Positions 1 to 15,000 of a stretch of DNA of 64,000 nt are shown piece by piece. The DNA lies in the IMG/VR virus record IMGVR_UViG_3300025018_000001; one strand, given 5' to 3'. How positions within the stretch are numbered: position 1 is the stretch's first letter; every line of letters begins with the position of its first letter. The translations under genes were made by a program, and so were the position numbers. The stretch comes from a virus (lineage: Duplodnaviria; Caudoviricetes). The notes under the pieces were generated by a model that was given only the letters and a program-made list of their open reading frames with translations, had not been told where the DNA came from and searched no databases.

Positions 1-3000
1 GGCTAGTGGTAACTAAGTCCCTAGGGCTATTCTTAAATGAGAAACCTGGACCGTTGGCCCTAGCGAACTCTTGCGCCCGGCGAATCTTGTCAACCGAGCC
101 ATCGGACATAGTAAATCCGCCGTCAGCGTGTCCACTTAAAGTTCTGTCATACTTATCATAAATATTATCTTCATCTTCTGAGTTTGCATAAAGTAATGCA
201 CCACCAGCTGTACCAACCGTAGCAGTAGCTAAAGCACTATATAACCCTGGACTGTTTGTTTTAAAATCATTATAAGCAGAAGAAGTATCTGTAGCTGCTT
301 TTTTTACAAAAGATGAAGTACCTTGAGCACCTTTAGTTAACTTTTTAGCTTTTAATAACTTAGCCAAGCCAGAGACACCAGCAATAGTAGCAGTGGCGCC
401 AGTACCCAAACCTATACCAGCTAAATTTAATAAACCTTTAACGCCGGTGGATATAAAACCACCATTAGCATAAGATCCTTCCTCGGTATTTTTACGCCGT
501 TGTCCTTCCAATATAAGTGCACTAAGACCAACAGTACCTAATGCAGATGCTTCAGCTTTACCTGCCTTATTACCTAATACCATACGTCCTAACTCAGCAG
601 GGATATCAGCTATACCACTAAGCATAGGTTTACCATATTCTAGAACTTTACCACCCATACCATAAGCAGCATCGTCATCGCCTCCAAACATAGAATATGC
701 TCCTAAAATACCTGCTGCACCTGCGGCCAAAGTACCATATCTTGAGTTAGATAGTTTAGAAAAACGATCTTGTAGAGCTAATTTTTTATCCCGTATATCA
801 TCTAAAGTAGGTGCTTTAGTAGTTAATAAATCTTTACCCATCAAAGCACCATCAATCATAAAACTTGCTGCTGTACCTACAACAGGTATATTACTGGCTA
901 GGCCAGAGGCCACTTCTAGTCCAGCACCTAGATAATCACCCGTGGCTGCGCGCTCAGCAGCAAAACCAGCTGCTGCCACTGTACCAACACCAGGTATTTT
1001 CTTTAAGCCTATTTTACTAGCTAGTTTAGCAGAATACTTACTTGTTGTACCACTTATAGCAGAGGTTATACCATTTGAAAAATTAGCGGTACCACTCCTT
1101 AAAGCGTCCAATATAGGTTTAAGTTTTCTACCTTGTTTTGCAGTTAATACTTCTTCCCCAGCAGTAAGAAGAGCTGGTTGTTTATCACCAAAACCTGGGG
1201 TTAACTGTTTAACTGTACCTCCTGTAGCAAACTTCTGTATAAATCCTCCGTGAGCATTACCCTCAGCATTACCATTTACAGCCTCTGTATTTTTTGATAA
1301 AGCCTCCACTAAAGCATCTATAGCCCCTAAAGTTTTTGTAGACGCGTATTCAGCTGTCTTAGAAAGTGTATCAACAGTTGAACCAGTTTTTTCTTTAATA
1401 TCTCCGTAAACATCTCCAGTTTTAGACTTAGTACCTTCGTAAATCTTAGACATTTCTTCTTTAAGATTAACTTCTTCTCCTCTAGCCATTTTTTCTGTAG
1501 CAGACCTCACAGCATCCTGACCAGATGTTTTAATATATTCTTTTAAATCAGCAAATTTATCTTTTAAATCCTGAGCGCTTTGATTTACAGAGTCCTTTGT
1601 ATTACTACGTAGATCTGCATTAGGATTTTCGACTTTACGTTTGAACTCTTTAGCTTTCCATTCAGCATCAAACTTAACATCATCTTTTGTTTTTGTAAAT
1701 GAGTCAGATGCTGCACTATACTTAGCATCCCTATCGGATGAAGTTTTGTTAGGTGTAACTTTCAGGTCAAGAGTCTCTTCTGCAAACTGTTTCATAAACC
1801 CTTCAGAAGCATCCTTGAATCTACTTGTGGCAGCACCTTTCTTTAGTGTACTAAAAATACCGTCATCTTTCATTGCGGCGGCAAATATAGCAACCTCTTT
1901 GCCAAACTCCTTAACCATTTGTGGTAAATCATCACCAGTCATGCCTTGATTCATTTTGGCTGCGCCATAAACACCAAGGGCGGCGCCACCAGCACCTAAT
2001 CTTTTAATGTTATCTTCAGACATACCCATATTACGTGCCAACATCATGCCACCAGAGGCCCCACCAGCAGCATAACGCATAGTACCATACATCCTAGCCT
2101 TCTTAGCTTCCTCATCGCGTGAAGAGGTCAAAGAAGCCATTTGTGGGGCATAGTCAATAAACCCTACTTCATCTTCTCTTTTCTTTAAATCAGCTATTTG
2201 TTTGTCGTAAGCTTCAACTTTTTTATTAGAGAAGTTACTATTAAACGCCTGATAGATACCAAAACCAGCAGTAGCACCTGCTATGTTTTTAGAATTAAAG
2301 ATGCTGCTTTCTTTTGACTTAGCTATATTCTCATCTTGTATTCCCTGTACATTACTTACAGTTTTGTCAAAAGTAGGTGTCCCTTTCTTAGATACTAAAC
2401 CAAACCAAGATGTTTCGTCCTTCATATTAGCTTTCATTTCTGAAGCTAAGGTTTTAAAATCTAAACCTCCGAAAGCACGCTGGATAAGTTCTTCTCCTTT
2501 AAATGCCCCAGAACCAAAGAGACCGCTATCTGCTTTATTAGCTGCTCCAGCAATACCCATACGATCCACTAGTTGCTTAGTTAAGTCGTCTAAAGCTATG
2601 TTAGCTTTAGTAGCTTTTTCAGTATCACCAGAGGACAAAGCGTCATTTCTTATAGAAGCTACTCTATCTAAAGCCTCATTAAGTCTTTCGTTCTTTGTTA
2701 AGTTTGGTGAGATAGGTAAGAAATCTAAAGCATCCATAAAACTAGATTGCATAGCTTCAGAACCCGGTCTATCTGATAGATTAGCTAGTATTTCATCTAA
2801 CTTATCAACAGTCATTGCGGTATTTTCAGCAGTGTTACTAGTGTCTATCTTAAGTTCTGCTAGACCTAGATCACCTGTTTTGGCAACCATTTCAGTGTAT
2901 TTTGAAAAGTCTTTAGCTCCAATACTCGAACCAAAGCCTGAGGATAGATTTTTTATACTTTCCAGAGCAACTTTGGACCTCTCCACAGAGTAAAGCTGTT

Positions 3001-6000
3001 CAGCTGTACCTGACTTCTTGATATCCAATTCTTTTATTCTACTAGCACTCTTAGCAAATTCTGGTGACTTAATTAGTAAACGTTCCTGTGAAGAAAGGTC
3101 TGCTTTATTATATTTACCTAAATCTATATTAGCTAGCGAGGCATCTTTACCTTTAAGTAACCCAGAAGTCTCCACAGCTAAACCAGTTCTAGTTTTTTCA
3201 ACAGCTATATTTTCTTTAACTGCTCTTGTATTGGCCTCCATTGTTTTAGTTAGGTCAGCGAATACAGCTCTATATTGTAAAACTATTTGATTATTTTTAA
3301 GTATATCCTGTAGTTTCCTTATAGAGTCGTATAACCCAGTGGACATCTCAACACTACCAGCGTCTAAGCCGTCTAGATGCATTTTTTCAAGCTGTTCTAA
3401 ACTAGTTTTATATTCATGAAGAGGTTTATTATAATATTTTTCAAAGTCGTCTGACCAACCTTTCTGGAAAGGCGACTCACCAAAACCTTTAGTAGGGTCA
3501 AAGCCTTTATCACCTTGAATGATGGTAGAAGTATTTATATCACTAAAGAAACGCTCACCTAAATTAAAGTCTGTTTTAAAACTTTTCTTAGCAATACCTA
3601 TTAAACCTGCACTAGCACCAGTAACAAAAGTACCTAAGGCTTCGATACGTTCAGACATATCTTGTTCAATAGCTTTGGTGGGTAGTATAGATTCAACTAA
3701 ATCTTGCATGTTACTATCAAATTTACGTTCAGTAACTTTCAGAGTTTTAGTATTAAAGTAAGTAGCTACCCACTCAAAAATACCATCTGATGTTTCTTTA
3801 AGTTTTACAATGGCTTGCTGACCTGCTATATTATATCTATCCGCTGCATCATTAGTAAAAGTAACTAGGTCACCACTTAGTAATTTACCTTCACGTTTAG
3901 CTAACCCCGCAGTCTCTGTATTTGCTACACTTAGTGCCTTAGTAGCACCAAGATTATTTGTATTTGGGAATAAACGCTTCATAACTTCAGCGCCTAATAC
4001 ATCTTCTTTAGTAACATTCCCTTTAATACCTTTTACATTAAACTGAGGTTCTACATCAATCATTAATTGGTACCCTGCCTGTAGCTCATCAGCTCCCATT
4101 ATTCTAGCTATTTCATCTTGACCTAAACCCTCAGTAGGTATGTTGGACAAAGCTCTTTTAAACTCAGAATAAGTGTTATTAAAAGAGTCCTTTACTTTAG
4201 ATAGCTTATCCTGAAGGTTTTTAATATCTCCGTCATATACAGTTGACATAGGTGCGGCATTCTTCTTAGACACTAAGTTATTTAGTTTGCCTGTAAGTAT
4301 TTCTAAACTTTTAGCAGGGGCTATACTAATTTGATTACTAATAAGGTCACCGATTACTGGGATCTCTTTAGTTAAGTCTTTTAATTCACTTTTCCACTTT
4401 TCGGAACCGTCTGTTTTAGTAAGTGCTTCAATATGTTTGGCTGCCACACTAGAGTCTTTGGCGGCAAGATCTCGTATTTTAGACCTTTCAAAAGTACCTA
4501 TAAGTGTTTGGTAGTTATCTGCTGTTCTTAATATAACATTACCTAACTTGTCATAACCAGCGATCATGTTGTAATTTTCTCTAGCAATCTTGTCACTTAA
4601 TTTTAAAGCATCAGACTGTATTGAGGATAATGCATTTAAAGGATTTACATAAGTACCTAAATATTTCTGCTTATCAGCAACCTCAGGGTTTTGACTTCTA
4701 GACACGTCTTTTAATTTTTTCTGTAGATCTCCAGCAGATTTTTGTGTGTCACGTATACTTATTAAGTCTGTTTCATCTTTTGATATTGCCCCAAACATAG
4801 AGTCGGCAAAATCTTGAGAAGACCGTGTTGTATTCATAAACTCTGTTCCCAGAGCTTTTATAGCCGGTGTTAGTAGGCCTAAAGTTAATAACATGGGTGC
4901 TATAGCTTTAACCACACCCGCGTTGTCCTTTGCCCACTCTTTAAAGACATCTCCGCCAGCACCTAACTTCTTGGAAAATTCATCTATGAATATACCACCG
5001 GCAGCTGCACCTAATCCGGCAACTTCCGTAGCTACACCTAGGAAAGATGATGCAACTTTACCTACACCTTTTAAACCACCTGCGGCAAAGGCACCCTTTA
5101 CACCTTCTGATTTAGCGAATTTAGCAGCGGTACCACCGGCTAGGTCTTTGTATGTAACATCTTCACCTTTACCATATTTACCACCGCCAAGTGAAGATAC
5201 AACAGCACTTAACCAGGAGCCACCTCTAACCATAGATTGACCAACACCCTGGCCAGCTCTACCGGTCCCTTGAAGTCCCCCACCTACAGTATCGTTAAAA
5301 GATTTACCCGCAGATACAAGTAAATAAGCTGCCTTACCAATAGCAGATTCAAAGTCTCTAATACTACGCCCTTGTTCTCTACCTGGCTGACCTCCAATTA
5401 ATGTTTTTAATCCTCTAGAAGACGTATCTGTAGAACCTGCACCAATAACTTCAAAGGAAGCTGTTTTAAGTTCGTCTTTTATAGACCCTATTAAATTACC
5501 AACTATTGGTGTGCCACCAGAGAAGAAATTAGATATAGTGTCTAATATTTTAGCACCTTTAGATAAGTATGTAAATAAACCTAAAGCGGCTACGCCAGCA
5601 ATTTTGAAAGATTTAGGTATAGCTGACACAGTTTCTGCCATCGCTTTCATACTTTGTAAACCAAATTTAGCTGCAGGAAAAGCTATCTTACCAAAAGCTA
5701 ATTGTAATTCTAAAAATGCAGCTTTAGTCTGTTCAACTTGTTTCGAATATGTTTGCATTAATTCAGCATTTCTTCTAGAAGCAGAGCCTTGTGAATTCAT
5801 ACTATGCTGAACACCATCTAAAGCTTCTTGCCAATTCTCCATAAGAACAAGTAGAGAGTTATATTGTCTGGTACCACCTATAGCCTGTGCTACTGTCAAT
5901 TTCTGTGCACTATTTAGTTCTTTCCACTTCTCCGCTAAGTCGCCTAGTATTTCAAAACCCCCGCGTAATTCACCTTCACCAGTTACCGTTGCTACGTTTA

Positions 6001-9000
6001 ATTTAGCTAGCTCATTAGGGCCTTTCTCAGAAGACAGTCTTCTCATTATAAATCTTAATGACGTACCAACCTCTTTACCGGACTGTCGGGTAACAGACCC
6101 TATTGAGGCCACAATACCGTTCAATTGGTCAAAAGTTATACCAGCAGTACTAGCAGCAGCAGCCGACTTTTTAATAGCTTCAGCCATATCACCAGCAGTA
6201 ATAGCATGTTTAGATTCAACCTCAGACCATGAATCCAAGAACCGCATAGACCTATCACCCTCTGTCCTAAATATCTTCATGGCAGCTGTTAAAGCTTCAG
6301 TAGCATCTTTAGCTTTTAGAGTTGTAACGTTACTTGCTAGCATAGATGTTTGTGTTCTATCTATTACTTCAGCTTGTGATAGACCCTGCTGTGCGTAAAC
6401 AACCATAGCGTCTAAAACACCTGTTGTAGGTGTACCATATTGCTTGGCCATTCCAACAGCTGAGCTTTGTAGACCCTCAAAATCAGTACCTTTGGAGGGC
6501 ATAACCATTTTTAACTTAGCCATTCCAACTTCAACTTCAGCTACGGTTTCTACGGCTTCTTTGAGCTTATCTACACCACCATAAATTAGAGAAGATGCTG
6601 CACCCCATTTTATGGCACGTTCAATGGCACCTAAGAAACCACGATTAGCTCCCGCTAAAGAGGCAGCCATATCTTCCTGCTTGGCAGTGAATATACCTAC
6701 TGTTTTTCCTGCACTATCAACAGATTCATTAAGTTTATGGAATAGTACGCGTTGGTTTTCTATAGGTTTTCCTGAGTCATCAAATACTTTTGCATCGTAG
6801 GAGTATCTTTCACCAATTTTAGCACCACCCTCAGCACTACCTTTACCATAATATTCACGTAGTTTAGAAATGTTTCTCTTATGTAAATTCTGCTGCATTT
6901 CTGGGTCAGCCCATTTAGGTACTTGTACTACACCTGTCTCACCCCAAACACCTGGGCCTCCAGACTGTGTAGCTCTATCCATACTAACTTTAGATAGCTT
7001 ATTTTCAGCATCTTTAAGTAGTTTTATTGTATTTTCTAAGTTTTTACTTTCAACAGATAAAGGACTATCAGAAACATTAAACTGTTTAAATAACTCTAAG
7101 GCACTGCGTAAACGAGTTATTCTCTCTGAGGCTGCCTCAAAATTCCAAGCCTCGGCTATTTCTGGTCCAAGTCTTTCCAAGAGTTTACCGTTAGCCATTA
7201 ATGCTAATGTTTCATCATTCATCTCTGTAAGATCTTTGATAGCATTTCTTGCCTTATCTGTGGGGGCGGTAATGTTGCCTCTATTTTTACCAGAAAGATC
7301 ACCAGTTATGTCATCAAAAACCTTTTTAAGTAATTCACTATCCGGGTCGGTAGTATCACCTAAATCTCTATTAGACTTCCGTTGTATGTCAACAGGTGAT
7401 TGGTAAACCCCAGCAGCTTTAGCTATATCAGGGAAAGCCCAAACTTTATTAGCAGTGTATATGTCGCTTCTCTTACCAGTATCTGCAATTATTTTCTGCT
7501 GTACGGCGTTGACGGCTGATTCAAAGTTATTGTATGCTTTCCCTTCTTCATTACCACCCATACCCATGACGCTCGTATACATATTCTCAGCGTCATCTGC
7601 CTTTTTAAGTAGGTATTCAATCTCAGCATCTTTATATAAACGCCATGCTGTAGCAATCTCCTCACCAGACATTCCTTGGTTTGGATCTTGTCTATTTAAG
7701 ATTCCTGCATTTTTAGTTAAGTCTAAGAAATCTGAAGTATGTATACCGCCCTGCTTTTTGGCGTTATTAATATAATCCTGTGCTTCCTTAGTTAATTTAT
7801 TTGCTTCATTATCAAAATCCATACCTCTAGCTTTATATAGAGATTTAGATGCATCTCGTAATAAGCGTAGATTAGCTAATTCAGCTACAGGCCCATTACC
7901 CTCATAGGGTTGCATACTCTGCGCTCTACCTGCGGCAGATTTACGTTGTTCCTCAGTTGTTTTGAACTTATCTATTTTTTGGTTTATACCACCAATTCCA
8001 GAATCTTCATCTTTGAATACTCCGCCAGAAATACCTGAAGCACTACTATTTATATTAGATGACGATACTAACTGACCAAGTAATTTAACAGAGAAAACTA
8101 AACTATCATTCAAACCTGCTATGAATACAGGTATGGCTCCACCCCCAGTTGCTGGTAAAGTAGGTCCTCCTGTACCTGGGCCACCACTTGATGGTATATT
8201 TGGTGGTACATCTCCGCCGCTAAATCCTGGATGAGGAGGCTCTTCTCCTCTACTACCTGCATAACTAGAGGTTTCATACTGTGGTGGTATAGTAGTAATA
8301 ATAGAAGTAGTAGACTCTGCACTCTTAGGTGCACCCATAGAAGCTCTTTTTACTTCTTCTTTATCTTCATTTAAACTTAAAGATATGTTTCTACCTGCTT
8401 CAGGTAGTATATCTTTCCTAGTACCGGAAACTTCAGATATTCTATCTAGTCTAGCGATAAGTATTTCCAAATCACCCAGACGTGCATTTGCTTTAGATAT
8501 TTTATTTATATCTTTTTCCTTAGCGTCATCTGGTATATCAGCTAACTTAGCTACATATTCAGGAGATGTAAGTATACTAGCTTGTTTTCTATCACTCATA
8601 GGTGCTAGACCTAAAGTATTCTCCATAGAGCTAATTAACTCTTTTATTGGTCCCATAGAGACTTTACCAGAAGTAAAGTCTTCTCTATTACCACCTATAA
8701 GTTGTTTTGCTTGTATGTAGTCTGCTTGGTTAACACCTTCCTTACCTAAGGATTCAAAAGTTTTTACTAGCTCAGCATATGCACCGCTACTTCTAAATGT
8801 CTTAGCTACGGAGTCCATACCTGTTTTAAAGTCTACATCAAACTTATCATCAACCGAATAACCACCAGTTCTAAACTTGTACATTGGGTCATTAACATCA
8901 GTAACCATTCTTGAGACGTCAATACCTCTAGGTGGTGCACCATCTTTTGATTCATAACGTTTACTTAAAATTTTAAATGCTACTTCAGCACTTATAGGTT

Positions 9001-12000
9001 TTTCGCTATTTGCTTGTATACCTTTAACAGCTAATTGTTCTATTGTGCCTTGTAAATCACGTAGAAATCCCTCAAAACCTAGTTTATTAACTAAGGCGTC
9101 TGTAAGGTCAGACCTACTCATATTAGTAGTATCACCTAAAGGTATACCTGTAGATGCTGCTTGGTCTTTTAATTCCTGAGTAGAAAATTTACCAAAAGTA
9201 TTACGTAGAGAGTCTTCATTTATGGACTTAAACTTCTTTAAATCATCATAGCTTTTATTTTTTTCTAATTTACCAAGTAAACCTTCAAGACCTGCCTTAC
9301 CTGTTGTAACACCTTTAACCAATTCACCAGCTATAGGTCTTTCTCCAGCATGTTTTACATCCATACCTTTCTGAATAGCAAATCTAAAAAACTCATTAAG
9401 TTGTGTATTACGTTCTCTATTGACAAAATTACTATCTATCTTGCCTGACTTGGTTTTACTAGATAAGCCTATTTCTCCAGTACCATCACCAAAGCCTCTT
9501 TTACTTTCATAAGCCCGCATAAGCCTTGTCATGCTTTCAGTATCTGTACCAGTGTTTATCTTAAATAACTGTGCATTTACAGCGGTATCTAACTTCATAT
9601 TAGACAATTCTTCTTTTAAGTAGCCTTCAATAAATGATTTGATTTTTATATCTTTTATCTTATTAAGCTCAGCTACAGCTGCTTCAGAGGCTTCACCTAA
9701 ATCATCTATACCTTTTATAGACTTGTCATCAAACTTAGCCCCTACTTTCTCGTAGATAGCCCGCATAACTCTACTAACAGATTCGCCGCCTGAAGTCATA
9801 TTTAGGTCTTGCTCTTTACTTGCAAGTATACCTACTTTTTCTTTAGGTGATAAGTAAGATAAATCTTCAGTAGTAAAAGGTTTATCAAGGAACGAATACC
9901 CTTTAGAACTATCAAACTTTTTACTAAATGCCTGGGACATATAAGATAGTGGTAAGTCACCTTGTGATGGCTGTTTAGCATCATAAGAATAGTAGTCACC
10001 AAATTTACCAGCTGTCGAATCTATATCTTTAGTAAGCATCTGGAAATGTTTGTAGATGTCATTTCTAGCCTCAGATGTTTTGGCAGTATGAAGTTCAATC
10101 TGGTCACCATCATAATCCAATTTTTGGGCATGAGCTACATATTTAGGTAAAACAGCGGATATAGCGCTATTTAGTTTATCTATAGTACCTGTTAAAGCAT
10201 TAGCTTGTGTATCATCCCCAACAGTACGTGCAGCCTCTCTTTCTTTAGATAAGCTTTTAACTTTATCTTTTATAGAATTATAGACGTCTTCAAAAGCCCC
10301 CATATCCATTTCTGGTGTACCTGGAACCATTAAAGCGTCATCACCTATACCACCAGCAGTTTGTACAAGCTTAGCTTTGTAAGGCTTCAGAGAAGATGTA
10401 CCAGTGAATGGGAAACGCACACTCTCAACAAAGGGGCTTAACTCAGTATCTATATATTTCTTTATATCGTCAGCACGTTCCTTTGGTTGTATCTTACTGG
10501 CAGTTTTTTCCAAAGCACTTGAATATTCTAAAAGATCTTTCAATGTACCTTGAAAATTTTTATCTTCATCTTTATTTAATACAGTACCTTTATCTTTATC
10601 GTATCTCTTAGTGAAGTTAACCTTAAGTTTTTCAGCCAACTTACTGGATACACCCAGTTCATGTTGTTTAAGGACAGGCATACCAATATCTTTGTATTTA
10701 GATACATTTTGTGCGTGTTCTTCGGTAAGTTTCTCTATAGTAGATATTTCTTGTCCTAAGTCTAAACCTTCTATACCTTTTAGTGTTTGAGAAAAAGCAG
10801 TTAGTTCTTCTGTCTTATCCACAGTAGCGTTAGTAGCTTTAGCTAAAACAGATGGTATGTTTCTAGTGAAAAAAGTTCTGGCTACCGACCCTTTTTTACC
10901 TACAAGATTTTTACGTAAAGTATCTTGATAAGACTGTTTTGATCTATCAAGGTCTTCTTGACGTTTAGTTACCTGATTATTATACTTCTCCTCAGAGTTA
11001 GCACCTCTACCATAACTAAATATACTGTCTTTGTTGCCTAAAGCATTAGAGACACCTGTCATAACATCTAACCTAGTAGAAGTATCAGTAGCTTTAGCTA
11101 GAACACTTGTATCAGCAACGTTAGGATTACCTGTACCAATCAGCATATTCTTCATAGCTGCTAAAGCAGTAGGAGAATTAAAACCCTCTTTTGTACCTAA
11201 ATGCTTAACAAAGTCAGACTCACTACCTTTCTGATTGTCAAACTTTCCACTAAGATTATGTTTACTGTTATAGAAGTTTTGTACACCTGTACTTAAGGAA
11301 CCTTCTTCTTTAGATAATTTACCCTGGTCATCCAATTTAACAAGAAGCTGCATAAGTTCTTGTTTAACTTTATTAACTTTAGCAACCGCCTCCTCTGTGT
11401 TTGATTGCTCAAGTCCAGTGGATCTACCTCGGTCATCCTTTGCAAATAGTGAAGACATTGCATTTGCAGCAGTGCTACCAAAAGCGCCCGACATACCAGT
11501 AACGTCAGTATCTAATAACATGCTAGTGTCTTTATTATAGAAAGCCTGTAATGATCTAGACTTGTCAATAACATCTTGAAGTTTACTACCTGTCTTTTTT
11601 ATACCATAAGCGCCCGCTTGCATTGGGTCAGCATAAGATGTTCTAGATATAGACCTTGGAATATATAAGTCTTCACCAGGGGCATCTTTACTTGTGGTAG
11701 ATGGTATAGTTGTCTTGTAAGCTCCTGGTAATTTATCAGTATCAAATATAGTGCCAAGGAGTGATCCTGGGTCGCCTTCATTAAAAGTCTTAGTTGCGTC
11801 TTTATTAACAGATTTAAGATCTTTTATATCAATTGACTTGACTGCACCTAATACTTTATTTTTGTACTCCTCATTAGTATTTACTAAGTAAGTAAGTATA
11901 TTATCGTAGTGTTCGGCCTGTTTGTCAGTGAAATTTTCATTCAGACTTTTCATGAAGGCAGAGTCTTCACCAAACGTAGAAGTATACGCAGCATAAGCAG

Positions 12001-15000
12001 GTATATTTAACTTTATACCTTTACTTAGAGACTCTATGGCACCTTTAGACCATTCTTCTGTCTGTGTAGGTTCTTCTACTATAGATAAGAACTTTTCACC
12101 TACTAAACTCTTTCTTCTATTGTTTAGTTCATCAACAACCTCTACGTAGTAGCTGGATTTTTTCTCCAACTCTATCATGGCTTTTATTGCATCTTGTGTA
12201 CTTTTATCTTGAAGTTTTTCTTTAGAAAACATACTAGTTATCTTGCTCTGTAATTCTTCATCAGTCTTACCTGAACCTGAGAAGCCTAGAGCCTTACTAT
12301 ATTTAGAGAAAGAACCACCAGACTTACCAGATATTAAGCTATTTTTCTGGTCATCAATAGTATTCTTAATTACAGTATTACCCTTACTACTTGCAAGGTT
12401 ATTAGCAACCATTTCTAAAGGCTCAGTTTGTAAGCCACGTTTAGCTGCACCATAAGAACTAATACGTACATCAATAGCTTTTGCTGTAGTTTTCTCTCCT
12501 ACATGCATACCTTTTATTTGGTTTATACCTTCAATATTTTGAGCTAAATTTATATCCAACTCTGCGAAAGCTTTTTTAGCTTTATCAAAAGTGGATAAGT
12601 TCTTAATAGCCTCATTCTCTGTAACTAATCCTTTATTTACATCTGTAAATATATCTAATATAAACTTATTACCTGAGTCTTTAAGTTCTTGGGCTAGTAC
12701 GTCAACATCCATACCTATACCAGCACTTATCTTCTCCTTGGTTTTGGTATCCTGCTGTCCTAAAATATCGGAAGATAATTCACCCATAGATTTAGGCATA
12801 AAGGCTACACCTAATCCAGCTTTCTTCTGCTCATCCCCAGCAAGTACCTTTACATTAGAATCTTTATGTGCTGAAATTATGTCGCCCAAAGTTGATGGAC
12901 TGGTTGGAGTTACAGAAACACCTTTAGAGCCATATCTAGTAGTTAATTTTCTACCAAAATGATTTAAAAATAGTTCTGCTAACTTTGCAGACTGCACCTC
13001 AACCGAAGCACCTCTATTTGTAGTGACTTCATTCTTAACGTTAGAGATAAATGCTTTGTCTGGGCGACGTTTATATTTCTCGTCTATTCCCATAACTGAC
13101 ATTATATTACCGGTCACTTCTTCAATATCAGAGTCTTTTATAGGCCCTTCATTTATTGTAGAGGCTTTACCTGCACTAGCTTTAGGACGCACCAGTTTTC
13201 TAACAGCTGTAGTAGCAGCATCTGCTAACTTTCCAGATACTAAGATTTGATCTTCAAACGTACCAGCTGTATGTCGCAACTCCGCAAGAACGTTATAACC
13301 TATACCTGATTTACCAAACCTTCCTGCCTGAATTACTTTGTCTTCAGACTCGGATCGTAACTTAGGGAACTCTGAGGAAATGCCCTGCTCTTTACCAAAT
13401 AAGCCCGTGTCAAAGCCCTTGGCTGAAGATATACCTGAAATATTTCTTCCTGTTTGTTGATATTCTAAAGAGAACGGTGCTATCTCTCTTAGATTACCTG
13501 TATACATGGGTACTGTTCTACCAGGTCTATTCATAGCATCTGGAGTTGTTTCTAAATTACTTGCAGGGGACTCTGGTAAACCTAAGCTAGTTAGTTGTTT
13601 ATTAGTACCTACATTTAATAAAGCCTGTCTATGTGCAACCTCTGGTGTTACTCCTTGTAAAGAAGGTAAGCTACTGGCTTCATAGAAAAGTTCATTAGCC
13701 CTTCTATTAAAATTAGTAATAAAGGCCTTCTTAGCTTCATTATTTGATTTAAAGCCACGTTCTTCAATGTCTACAGATTCAGACAAGCCATACTTTCCTT
13801 CAGGTGTTAGTAGCTTAGATGCAGCACCTGAATCCATTGAGTGTGCCTTGGAGTAATTAAACATAGCTGAAACAGTATCTCCCTGGTGCATACCTCTTCT
13901 TGGAGCGTTCTTCTCAACTATAGGCATCATACCTTCTAAAGAGGATATGGTTTTTTCAAAGTCACCAATAGCCCCAGTGGATGTTGCTATGTTACCTACT
14001 ATCTTCTCTAACTTAGGCCCTGTAGCTCTTTCTATGGCATCATATACATTTGAAAAATTTAATGAGTCTAAAGATTTTATAACTCTGGTAGCGGATAACC
14101 CCATGGCATCCATATTGGCCATAAATTCATCTACAGAGTTAGAAGACTTTAAAGCAGTATCTACTTGCTTAGACAAAGTTACTAACTCATCCTTCGCTTT
14201 AAGTTCCCCGGAAGTACCTCGTGTTATACGTTGTCTTTCAATACTAATTGGTACTATAGCTTTCTTATAAAAAGATGCAGCGTCTTCTTTATTAGCGGGT
14301 ACACCACCCTTAGAAGCTACCCCTTTTAGCAATAATCTAGAAGCCTCCTCATAGGTACTAGTTGTGTCTGGTACGATGTCACGAGGATCAGTGTTCATGT
14401 TAGCACTTCTAGCAGCTCTAGCTAATTGTAAAATCTCCGGTGTTATACCCTCTTTAAAAGACTCTTGCTTATCTTGTGGTACTTTTTGTAGTAAAGCAGT
14501 AGCATTTTTTATATAACCTTCAAAAGCTCTTTCATGACCTGATTTATATTCAGCTAATTGAAGCGTAGACCTTTGACTTCCATGTTGTGTCTCTAAAACA
14601 GTACTGCCTGTGTTGGTTAATTTAGCTGCTGGAATTGCTATAGTACGTTTAACATCTGCAAGAGACTTCTGAATGTCAGAAAATCCTACTGTTTTTGCAA
14701 AGATATCTTTTAGGTCACTATTAGATGCCTTACTAAATGCAGCTGCTATATCCTCTACTGGTGTACTCCCTATATTAGGTATACTTAACTGGTCTAAAAC
14801 GTCCTTACCTATAGCAGTACGTACCTCAGGATTAAGTCCTTGAACTCCTCCAGACTTTACATTGGATTTTAACCAATCAGCTATCTCCAACTTTAAAGAG
14901 CTTGGCTTATGGCCTTTTTCTCGTAGTAAACTAGTAGCTAATTTGTCTGAGTATGTTTTTAATAGTTCTTTAGGTGAACCATCTTGTTTGCCCGTCAAAC

